64,000 nucleotides of DNA from Hypanus sabinus. Its lineage: Eukaryota. Below the pieces are notes generated by a model that saw nothing but the letters and a program-made list of their open reading frames with translations, had not been told where the DNA came from and did no database searches. Shown here in pieces: positions 46,401 through 58,400 of this stretch. Positions within the stretch are counted from its first letter, which is position 1; the number at the start of each line of letters is the position of its first letter. The stretch spans positions 36,828,001 to 36,892,000 of the forward strand of contig NC_082723.1 in the NCBI RefSeq assembly GCF_030144855.1, given 5' to 3'. A program made the translations under genes and the position numbers.

Positions 46401-49400
46401 ATGATTGACCTTTAGAAGTATAAAGCAAACGTGATGATTCTTAAAACAAAAAAAACGAAGTTTCTTAATATTCCTTTTTCAGCACTTGTTAGTGAAGATG
46501 CAGGAAATTGAAAATCAGACTGACCAGCTTCTTGCTCAGTATCAAACAGAAAAAGTAAGTAAGGATGAAAGGTGGGGGGGGGGGGGGGGGAAATAACATT
46601 ACTAGCGTTAAATTGAATTAGTAATTGTTATATTTAAATTGAATTATTCAATTTTGTATTGCATTAAGAATGTTTGTGCATGATTAATAATTTGTACAGC
46701 ATCAATCTGTTGGTTTTTGCTACTTGTAACGTTCTGCATATACAACACTCTGTTTCACAGTCCCTTTCCCTCAAGCATTTGCATTTATATCTAAGATTCT
46801 CCAATTTCTATTGATTAAGGTTTTCCATCAATATAAAAGATCACTGAATTTGCTGATTAAAATAATGAAACAAATAAGCTTCAGTTTATGACCCTATTAT
46901 TATGCTGATAGATGCACAATTATCCCTGATTGTGTTTGAAAGCATCCACGTCTCTATTGTAACATGCATGACTGAGTGTTTTAAAGGTAGAGCAGGGGGC
47001 GTACACTTCACGACTAACTCATTGTGGTGCACAGTTCTGTCTCAGTCCTGCTAACCCGATCTAAAACATTTAGAGGTTAAGTGTCATCCACTTAATCTGC
47101 TGAAGGAGTTTCTGCCATCAACCTGGTAGCAGTGTATATTCCACCTCTGGCCAGCGTCAGGCAGGCACTGGAGGAGCTGAGCACCATGATCAACTCCCAC
47201 TAGATTATTATTGCAGGGGATTTCAACTAGGCAAGCTTGAAGAAGCCTCCAAACAACTACCACCAACATATCACCTGCGGAATCAGAGGAGCTCACGTAC
47301 TTGTCCACTGTTATACCACCATGAAGAATGCTTACCGTGCCATCCCTTGTTCCCACCTCGGAAAGTCCAATCAGCTGGCTGTATTTCTACTCTCGGCATA
47401 TAGTTTTGTTATGTTAGGGAAGAGCTACTTTTTACTGAGCCACTTTTTTTTCCCCTCTCCTTTATAGGACAATGCTCGTGCAGCAGCAGAACTTTCCAAA
47501 TCTCTTGAAAGCACTAGAGCCCATCTACAGGGACAGCTGCGCAGTAAAGAGGCAGAGAACAATCGGCTAGCTGTTCAAATCAGGGTATGCAACATCTTGT
47601 TCCAGTTTTCATGTAACTGAACTAAATTTAAAACAAAATATCATGTGCCCTAAGAGTACTGTTAGCTTCTCTTTTTGTTTTGAGTTAAAAGCTTTTTTTG
47701 AAGTTTGGAGATTGTGGTTTAAAAGCCCACTGGAACATCTCAATAATGTGGCATCCCCAATATGGTACTTAAAGGATTAATGAAATCAAAGGTTGCCTAG
47801 TAGATTCCACTCACGTTACAGAGCCTAGCTAATTATAAGCATATCTCTGAAGTAAGATTAAAAAAAAACAAAGGATCCATGTCAAAATTATTTTGTTTTG
47901 CAAAAATGCTGACTTCACTGTTGATTTGTTGACTTGTGCAAATAGTCTGATAGTGACAAATGTGTATGTTTTATTTCTAGTTGTTGATTCATCCTTTTAT
48001 ATATGAGTGGTAGGTGTGCTTGGCAAGTGCCGACTTGTTCCTTTGGTTGGCATGTAGGCTGTTGCATTCATGATTGTTCTTAATTTGCTTTAGTGTAATG
48101 TACTAACTGTTAAGGTGGGCACAAAGACGCTGCTTAAGGTTAACACTGAACCTGTGACTAATTGCTGCTATATTTTGTTGTTAACAAATCTTTAACTGTA
48201 TTGTTCTTGAGGCAGTTCAGTTACACTGGACAAAAATTTTTTCGGAAGCGTTGCTTCCTTAGTATTTTTTTTGTCTATGATAGACCGTTTGAAGCCAAAC
48301 ACAAATATAATTTCAGACTACAGTACTTGTATCATGTAGAAATTTGGAGAAACAAATTAAATATAATGTCTTTAATTGCATAATAGTGCTGAAGTTTTGC
48401 AATGGGTCCACTAAGCAAAAAATGTTTTGTTGATGATTTTCATTTGTACTCAGTGTCTGAGGCTTCTTGCTTAAGTGTCCAGCAATAATCAACTAGCATT
48501 GATGGATTCCATTTGCCCTGATACTGTTTCTCCATGACCGCAATGTTCTGGTGAAACCTTTCACTGTACTTGTCACTGACAGCGCCAAGATTTGCTGGGA
48601 AGAAGTCTAAATGGGAATGCAGTAAAAGAATCTTTAGTGACATGTTGTACTTCATGGTTTTGTAAGTTGGAAACATGTTGTCAGCATAGCTCGGTGCTCT
48701 GTAGTTGCCAAGAAAAATTTAACAACATGCTTGAATGCCTTCCGGGCGATTTTTCTCCAATCCCATTAGAAGTTCTTCAAATTGCCTGTCATTGATGACA
48801 TGTTTGATCTGTGGACCAACAAAAATGCTTTCCTTAATCATGGCATTAGTTATTCCAACTTGAAATCTGAATTGAAATAACAAATATAAAGAAATTTTTT
48901 TAAATGGTGCATGATATGGAAATTTCATAGTGATTTTCATGATCAGCAGCCAAAAATCTATAAGATACACCCTAAAATATTCAGAAAGCCAAATCTTTAT
49001 CAAGCACTGTTAGTCTTTTAAATTGTGAGTTTTTAGCTGCATGCTAAATGAGAGGTTTATTCTTTGATAAATTTAAATTGCACATTTCACCCTTGCATTC
49101 CATCTGCACTCTAAAATCTGACCATGTAATCTAAATTAATGTTTGAATGACAAACATAGAGATACCATCCGTTGAGATCATCAACCACTGCCCTAACTGT
49201 GTGTCCTTCAGATGAGTTAGACTTTTAATGTCTCATGGCTGCTTTTAAAGAGCAGCATCTTCTCCAATTGTTTTCCTCCTAAGATTATCACCAGTGAAAT
49301 CATGTTAGGGAATTATTAGTCTCATTTGTACTTGGCGTAATTTCTCCTTGTGCAAAATAATTGCACAAAAACTAATGTACTGAGTGAAAATTGTATGAGA

Positions 49401-52400
49401 TGTTTATGTATCGCTGTACATGTCTTTTTTTTTAAACATGTTCTGATTTTTGATTTAATTGCCTCCAGTTGGAGCTTTTAATTTGTTCCAATTTTATCAC
49501 TTCAGAATTTTGAGCGTACCATTTCGCAACAAAAAGGTCAATTGGACTACTTAACAGAGCAACTAAAGCAGCTTCAGCAGAAAGGGGACAGAGACAAAGA
49601 GGCCTTGAAGAAAGCCACAAAGGCTCAGAAACAGCGAGCTGAACGCAGTGAAGACGCCATTGAGCTGCTCAATGCCCAACTTAGCGACAAGGTACTAAGG
49701 CAGTGTTGGCAAATAAAGTGGCAAGCAAGGGATATTGTTATCAGAAATTTAATGAAATTTGAAGTATACAATGTGTTGGATTATTTGCAACATTTACCTG
49801 GAGCAATGAAACGTATGCTTTACTTAATGAAAGGCAAATGTGAGCTGCCACATTGTATTTAAGGATGACAGTTTATACTTGAATAGCATTATGCAAAGTA
49901 ACGAAAATATGCCCTGCATTTTGATTGCATTAATCTTGTAGTGGTTGTATTTCATATTTTGTATTAACATCTCTCATATTAAAAGAAATTGCCAAGTAAG
50001 GCAAACAAATTCCCTTTAACTCTACTTGAGTTGTATTTTAGAAAATAGGCTCCATAATACTTTTTGCTGTTGTATCTTTTGCTTTATTAATTCTTATTTA
50101 AAATGAACCTGCTTGATTGGCTTGTTTATAGGAAACACAGTTGGCAGATGCGCTATCATCAGCTGAGAAATGGAGAAGTTCTCACAGCAAGGTGATAAAA
50201 GAAAAGAGTCAACTGGAGATCGAGGTCTCAATCTTGAACAAGTAAGAAAGTTGCGAGAGCTTAAACAGCTCAAGAGAAAAGATGTAAAAGAGAAAAGAGA
50301 CTTGGTGTAATTTGGGATTATCATTCACACTAACATTTGATTATAATTTTAATGGTGAATTTGTACTACAACATAGTGAAGTGTTCATAAATATGGTATC
50401 AATGACATTCTCCCAGTTAGGAAGGACAGTACACATCCTGATAGTCTTGGGAGGAGTTTCCTTTTTAATGTTTAAACATTTTTCAGTTTAATATTGAGTT
50501 AATAGATATGTATTGGCATCAGTTTTCTTTATCTTATTTAGAATACAATTAGAATAGAAAAAGCATAAAATATTCATGAGGTGCATCAGTGTCCCAAGAT
50601 GCCTTTTAAACCTATTTTTAATAACACATTTTTGAAATTAAATTTTGTAAAGCTATGTAATGCTCAACTGTGGTGAAGTAAGAGATGTAGCTTGATTTAT
50701 ATTTTGACATTCTGTTTCAGAAACATTATTGATATTCATTATGAAGCACTGAACTTATTTGATTTGACTAATATATTTGTGTTCTTTGCCAGGAAAAGCC
50801 CTATGGCATTACAAGTTGCTTGAATAAGTAATGATACAGGATATAAGATGATGTCAGTACACTAGATGACTACAAGCTATAGCATCATGTGGATTTCTTT
50901 TCAAAGTGAATTTAAATTTAATTACATACAGTAGGCAACTTTTAATGTTGCCAACATTTCACCTAAGATTGTGACCTGAAATTAATGATATGGACCAGAA
51001 GTGAGCAAACAGACTATATTTCAGATAATGTATAAATTTTCTTTTGGCAGCCGTATTGCTGATCTACTGGATCAAACTCATCACGTGGAGGACAAGGCTC
51101 GAGGAGACCTGGAATCACTAATGGAAAGGCTCCACAAGATGTCTTCAGAAAGCTCCTCCGTCAAGCTGGAAAATGAGGCAATGAAGGTAAAATTTTTCCA
51201 TTGACAGGCACATGAAAGACAATTAGCGTAATTTTTTCTGAATTTATTAATTTTATAATGAATGGATCCAGTGATATCTTGAATTCTAATTGGACATGTG
51301 ATCTCAAACTTAAAGTCTTAAGTTATTTTTTATTAATGTTTAACATTAAGTGCACTTGTGCTGGAGTTTGTAGCATTCAGTGCAATATTTGTACTTTAAG
51401 CTTTCTGTGTGTGTGGATTGGCAGGAGAGATTGATTTGAATGGCTATCAAGATGTAAATAGAAAATAATTAGTAACTCTTTACATTGTTTCCAGCTTTCT
51501 GACATTAATTAGCTTAACCCAGAAATGTTTTCAGTGTTCTCTATTAATAAACTTTGATTTTCACAAAACATTTATCTTATTGTACTTTCAAATTGCTGTT
51601 TAGATGGTAAAAGGCATTTTTAGAGAGAAAATGCTACTCTTTTGGGTTCATAATTTACAGCTGTAGGCATGAGTTATTGTTGTCCAACGTTCTTTGTTTT
51701 ATTTTAGATTTCCAGAGTCTGTAATATTTAGTTTTAAGTCTGCTAGTAATTTACAAACATGACACAAGGAAGGAAATCTACTTTTGTAAAACCAGACCCA
51801 AGCCATTATGGCTTACCTTAACTGTCCCTGAATTGGAGCGTCAATATGTAGTTATATTCCAATTCTTTTCAATTACTTAAAGGCATTGGCACTAGAGTTG
51901 AGCAGTTTTGGGAGCACTGAGTTAATAGTGGTGGCTAAGTGTTTTAGTTGTTTTCCAGTTTAAAATGGTGCGACCAAAGATGTGCAACTGGTAAATCATA
52001 AGGCAAGAGAGTCAACTAAAAACATTACTTCTAACATCTTTCATGAAGCAAATTGTGAATTATCGCCACCGACGAGGAGGCAAGCAGAGGTGAGGCTAAT
52101 TTGAGGGAATAAGCCATGCTGGGGCATAGTAAGGCGCAACGTGTTCGAGCTGCAGACAGAGACAGAGTTCATAACACATACAACATGCTGAAGGAACTCA
52201 GCAGGTTGGGCAGCATCCATGGAAATGAGCAGTCAACATTTTGGGCCGAGACCCTTTGTCAGAGTTCATAACGCTGCCAGAGATGGAGTGAGCGATTTGG
52301 AGAGGAGTTGATGCAGAAGAGTTTCACCTAACCTGGATCTGAGGTTGGATTGCTCCCAGCGCTGAGCCGATTTGGGGAGATTGAGAATGGCTTCAGGCAG

Positions 52401-55400
52401 GGTGACACAAGTGTATCAGGGGGCTTGGATCTGTCCTGAAATGTGGCACTCCTTAGCGTTTGAACAATTTAAATGTTGGCCCAGATAGACTGGAAGCTCG
52501 AGTGACAGGTATGGAGGCAAATACTGGGCTGATTTTACTCAATATCCTGCGAATGTTCATTCCTTTCTCCGCAGCGCCAAGGCTGTGAACTGATCTGGCT
52601 GCTGTGCATTTCTGCCTCGCTGGTGTGAACACTGGGGACCAAGGCTTGGCTTGGGCCTGCTCCAGGAGCAGATCTGAGATTCAGTCTAGTTGGGATATCA
52701 TTGGCTTGCTTCTATTGTTTGCATTATGTGTGTTTTTTTTCTCTCTCTCTTTCTCTGCATGGTGGTTTTTTTGGTCCTTTTTAAAATTGGATTATTTGAG
52801 TTTCTTGCTTTGTGACTGCCTGTAAGCAAACAAATTTCAAGGTGTGTAATTTACACATTTTTTGATAATAAATGTGCTTTGAATCTTTGAATACTTTAAA
52901 AACATACATAACTGAGTGAGGGCAGCTAACAATCCATTATTAATTAGCTTCTGGATTGTTATTGAAAGATAAAAAGAATGCCAAAAATATCAGGTTTGTC
53001 AGTATCTAAAAGTGACTTTTTTAAAAATAACATTCATTTGCAGTACATGGGCATCCCTGCTAAGGGCAGCATTTATCATCCAATCTATAATTGCTCTTGA
53101 GAATGCAGTGCTAAACAGACTTCTCATTCCAGTGAAGCAGTGTTTCACTTTCACTTTTTTGTCAGTGTAATCTATTACATTTAGTTTTTACAATGTGGCC
53201 TCCTCTACATTGGAGAAACCAAAACCATATTGGATGTTGCTGTAGTAGGTCATCTGTGCTCAGTCTGCAGTGCTGATCATTCCACTCTGATTCTCAAATT
53301 TTCAATTGTACTGCCGTTCTGACCTGCCACTGCTGTGGTGTGGCTTTCTTATATATATTAATTTAAGGAGTATGGGCATCACAGAGCTAAAATTTAATTG
53401 CCTATCCTGAGTTGCTCTCGAAAGTGGTAGTGAGCTGTTACAGTCCTTGATGTGTGGGTATACCTACAGTGCCATTAAGGAAGGAGTGCTAGGATCTTGA
53501 CCCAGTGGCAGTGAAAGACCAGCCAGTACACTTAATGGCCACTTTATTAGGTATAGAAGTGGCTGAATAAAGTAGCTTTCTGCTTTATGAGATCTGCTGC
53601 TGTTGTAGCAAGTTTCAACATGTGTGTTCAGAGATGCTTTTTGTTGTAACATTGTAACTGTTGTAACGAATTACCATTGTCTTCCTGTCAGCTTTAACCA
53701 GTCTTATCTTTCTCAATAACACAGCATTTTTGCCTGCAGAACTGCCGCTCACTGAATGTTTTTTTTGTTTTTACACCATTCTTTGTAAACTTTAGAGACC
53801 TCTGTGTGTAAAAATCCCAGGAGATCAGCAATTTCAGGTCTGGAACTAACAATAATTCCATGATCAAAGTTACTTAGATCACATTTCTTCCCCATTCTGA
53901 TGTTTGGTATGAACAACAAACAGACTTCTTGACTATGTCTGCATGCTTTTATTCCTTGAATTGCTGCCACATGGTTGGTTGATCAGATACTTGTACCTAA
54001 TAAAGTGGCCACTGTGTATACAACAGACGAAAGACAGTAGGTGCAGGAGTAGGACATTTGGCCCTTCTAGCCAGCACCGCCATTCACTGTGATCATGGCT
54101 GATCATACACAATCAGTACCCCGTTCCTGCCCTCTCCCCATATCCCTTGACCCTGCTATCTATAAGAGCTCTATCTAACTCTCTCTTGAATGCATCCAGA
54201 GATTTGGTCTCCACTGCCTTCTGGGGCAGAGCATTCCACATGTCCACCACTCTGGGTGAAAAAGTTTTTCCGCATCTCAGTTCTAAATGGCCTACTCCTT
54301 ATTCTTAAACTGTGGCCTCTAGTTCTGGACTCACCCATCAGCGGGAACATGCTTCCTGCCTCCAGCGTGTCCAATCCCTTAATAATCTTATATGTCTCAA
54401 TCAGATCCCCTCTCATCCTTCTAAATTCCAGTGTATACAAGCCCAGTCGCTCTAATCTTTCAACATATGACAATCCCGCCATTCCGGGAATTAACCTTGT
54501 GAGCCTACGCTGCACTCCCTCAATAGCAAGAATGTCCTTCCTCAAATTTGGAGACCAAAACTGCACACATTACTCCAAGTGTGGTCTAACCAGAGTTTTA
54601 TAGAGCTGCAATGTTACTTTGCAGCTCTTGAACTCAATTCCCCCACCACCAGCACTACTAATGAAGATCAACACAACATACACTTCCTTAATCACCCTAT
54701 CAAATTGCACGGCAACTTTGAGGGATCTATGGACTTGGACCCCAAAATCCCTCTGTTCCTCCACACTGCTAAGAATCCTGCCATTAACCTTGTACTCTTT
54801 CACATTCGACTTTCTAAACTTATCATTTCACACTTACCTGGATTGAATTCTATCTGCCATTTCTAAGCCCCTCTCTTTATTCTGTCCTTGTCCAGTTGTA
54901 GCCTACAATCTTCTACCCCTGATTGGCCCTACCCTCTCTTTAGGCATCTTCCTGTTTCTCACATACGTGTAGAACACCTTGGGGTTTTCCCTAATCCTAC
55001 TTGCCAAAGCCACCTCGCCCCTCCTAGATCTCTTAAATCCTCCTTAAGCTCCTTTCTGGCTACTTTATAACTCTCAAGAGCCCTTTCTGAGCATTACTTC
55101 CTAAAGCTGAAGTATGCTTCCTTCTTCCTCTTGATTAAGTGTTCTACCTCTCTTGTCAACCATGGTTCCTTTATCCTATGTCCTTTCCCTTGCCTCAATG
55201 GGACCAATCTCTTTGGAAGTCCATGCAAGTACTCCCTAATGATGATGAGGGTTATGTCGGTCAGGGTCAACCATGGATGTTGTGTTCTAGCTGTTTAGAT
55301 ATGCAATCCAGGGCACTATGATATCGAGAGCAAGCTGTTGCCTGTGTAGCAAGCTCACTCTCTCCAAGCATCTGAGCCCAAAGGAACAGCAGAGACCGAT

Positions 55401-58400
55401 ACAGTTTGGCACCAACAGTGTCACAGGAGTTGCCAGTCTATGTTGAAATCGATGTAGGACTGCCATTAGGGACTCCAGCTCCGGATTTTTCCCTTGAGGT
55501 TTATTCCCGAAGCTTTCCTCATGAGTGGGAATAGCCGCAAGGCAGCAGAGGTTTGAAATCGGAGTTCTCCTCTCGATAAGCTGCCAACCACAGCTGCCCA
55601 AAGCAACTGGTTTAGAGGTGCTAGTAACCCACCTTTGCCCCTACTCCTATCAGTAGCAATGGTTCCATCTAGCTTAGTAGCTAAGCCGTGAGTGAATGCC
55701 AGGAGCTGGGCTTGGTTATCAGAATCAGGTTTATTATCACCGGCATGTGACGTGAAATTTGTTAACTAGGCAGCAGCAGTTCAATGCAATACATAATCTG
55801 CAGAGAAAGAAAAAAATAATAAATTAAATAAAGCAATAAACAAACAAGTAAATCAATTATATATGTTGAATAGATTTTTTTTAATGTGCAAAAATCAGAA
55901 ATACTGTATATTTTTAAAAAAAAAGTGAGGTAGTGTCCAAAGCTTCAATGTCCATTTAGGTATCAGATGGCAGAGGGGAAGAAGCTGAGTGTGTGCCTTC
56001 AGGCTTCTGTACCTCCTACCTGATGGTAACAGTGAGAAAAGGGCATGCCCTGGGTGTTGGAGGTCCTTAATAATGGATGCTGCCTTTCTGAGACACCGCT
56101 TCCTAAAGATGTCCTGGGTACTTTGTAGGTTAGTGCCCAAGATGGAGCTGACGAGACTTACAACCTTCTGCAGCTTCTTTCGGTCCTGTGCAGTAACCCC
56201 TCCATACCAGACAGTGATGCAGCCTGTCAGAATGCTCTCCACAGTACAACTATAGAAGCTTTTGAGTGTATTTGTTGACATGTCAAATCTCTTCAAACTC
56301 CTAATAAAGTATAGTCACTGTCTTGCCTTCTTTATGACTACATCAGTGTGTTGGGACTAGGTTAGATCCTCGGAGATCTTGACACCCAGGAACTTGAAAC
56401 TGCTCACTCTCTCCACTTCTGATCCTTCTGTGAGGTTTGGCATGTGTTCCTTCGTCTTACCCTTCCTGAAGTCCACAATCAGCTCTTTCGTCTTACTGAC
56501 ACTGAGTGCCAGGTTGTTGCTGCAGCACCATTCCACTAGTTGGCATATCTCACTCCTGTACACCCTCTTGTCTCTATTTGAGTCGCACGCCATTGGGAGC
56601 TTTTCCCCACCACAACCCCTAACTAAGGAACCAGTACTCCCTAGACAACCTCCATATTTCTCATAAAAATTCTGAGTGATTGATGCCTGGTTCCTAAGGT
56701 CATAGCCAGGGTTTGTAGTGGGGATAAGCTCCTACTACCTATAAAGTGCTCCAAATGGCGTGCATTTCTAACAGCCTCTGACAACCAGGTCCAACTGTTG
56801 GCCTTCACATGTGGCTTAGATATTAGGCCCAGCAGAAGGGGCAAAGGCGGGCCACTGGTTTCTCAAAGCCAGTAGCTTCGGGTAGGTGGGCTCATCAGCT
56901 GTGGAGTGCAGTTGCCTAGAAGGAAAACTCTGATTTTAAACCTCCGCTGCCTTGCAGCCATACCCTTCAAGGGAAAGACTTCGGGAGTAAACCCCGAGGA
57001 AGAAATCTGGAGCTGGGGTCCATAAGACCGTTTGATGTTGTTTTAAACCACACTGGCAACCTCTGTGACAACTCTGGTGCCAAGCTGTTTCGGTGCTTGC
57101 CCTTCCCTTGAACTACATCAGTGACATGGAGAGGGGGAACACACTGCATGGGCAACAGCCGGTTCTTCAAATCTTCCCACCCAAGCCTGTAGAGAACACA
57201 GTCCACCAGAGGCGCAAACCCATGATTCCCCCGGAATTTTAAAAAAAGAGACTGTAGGTTATATACTTATTTAAGAATTGAATAAGAGATTATAAAGACA
57301 ATGCCTTGCTTGGTCTGAGAACAAAAAGTAGGTTATAAAAGTTAAGTTTCAGATGGCTCCAATGAAACAATACTAATGAGTTGGGGTTATGGTTTTTTAC
57401 CAATAAGAGGAGAAAATATTGTTTGTTCATAATTATAATTTGCATTTTTGCTTAAATTCTGCAGAACAAATAATTCGAATCTGATTTTATTTCAATGAAA
57501 CTTTTCTTGTGTTTGAAAGCATAATAACCTTACTGGTTTATTGAAGAGACCCTGGGTTACTCTGTAGTTAGAGGTTGAGCAATATGATTATGCCTGATTC
57601 TCTAAGTGTAACCATTACGCTCAGGAGAATATTTTAAGCAGACCAGGATGTAAAAACAACTAACCAATTTGATATTTCAAAGATATCTCAGCCAGCCCCC
57701 AGCTGAATACTTTTTCCTTTTTCAAAAATATTTAGGCAAATATGAATGCATTGGAGGAAAAATTCACATTTGCTCAGACTGAAATGCAACACCTCAAAGT
57801 CTCTATCAAACACTATGAAGGGCTGGTGGATAGTTATAAATCTCAGGTAATTAATTTTGGATTCAGAACATCTGAGAATATACAATCGTTTGTGTAGTAT
57901 TAGTCTATAATCCTACCACTGGAACTCAAGGTTTTTGATTTTAATGCAGTGTGAAGGGAAAGTCCAATTTCTTCGTAGGATTGGGTGAAAGAGCTCTTGT
58001 ACTATATAAGATTATGAAAATAAATATGTATTTGAAACGTAAATTGAAACTGCCGTAGGTTCAACGTATTAACCAATGAGGAAGACGCATGTTGACAACA
58101 CCAACAGAGCATTAGTTTCACTGAAGGATTTTGAATACCATTGTAAAATGATTATTATTTCTTTGTGTGGAGAGGTTTGCAAAATTTTACATTTCATTAT
58201 TTTATTGCTATGTAATAAAATTCTCGGCTGGATCTAGGTGATGAAAACACGGTTGGAGGCAGATGAATACAACATGAAGCTGGAGAAGGCAGAGAGGGAG
58301 AACAAGTTATTGAAAGATGAGGTTAATAAAGAAATTGAACAGGTAACTACTTGTTGAGAAGGAGAAAATAATTCCCTTATGATAGAGACTGTTGTATTTT

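Noticed and set aside
46572-46590. Poly-G tract after ODF2 exon 9 (also 10349-10365 and poly-C at about 26670)
   Set aside because: Simple homopolymers with no evidence of function.
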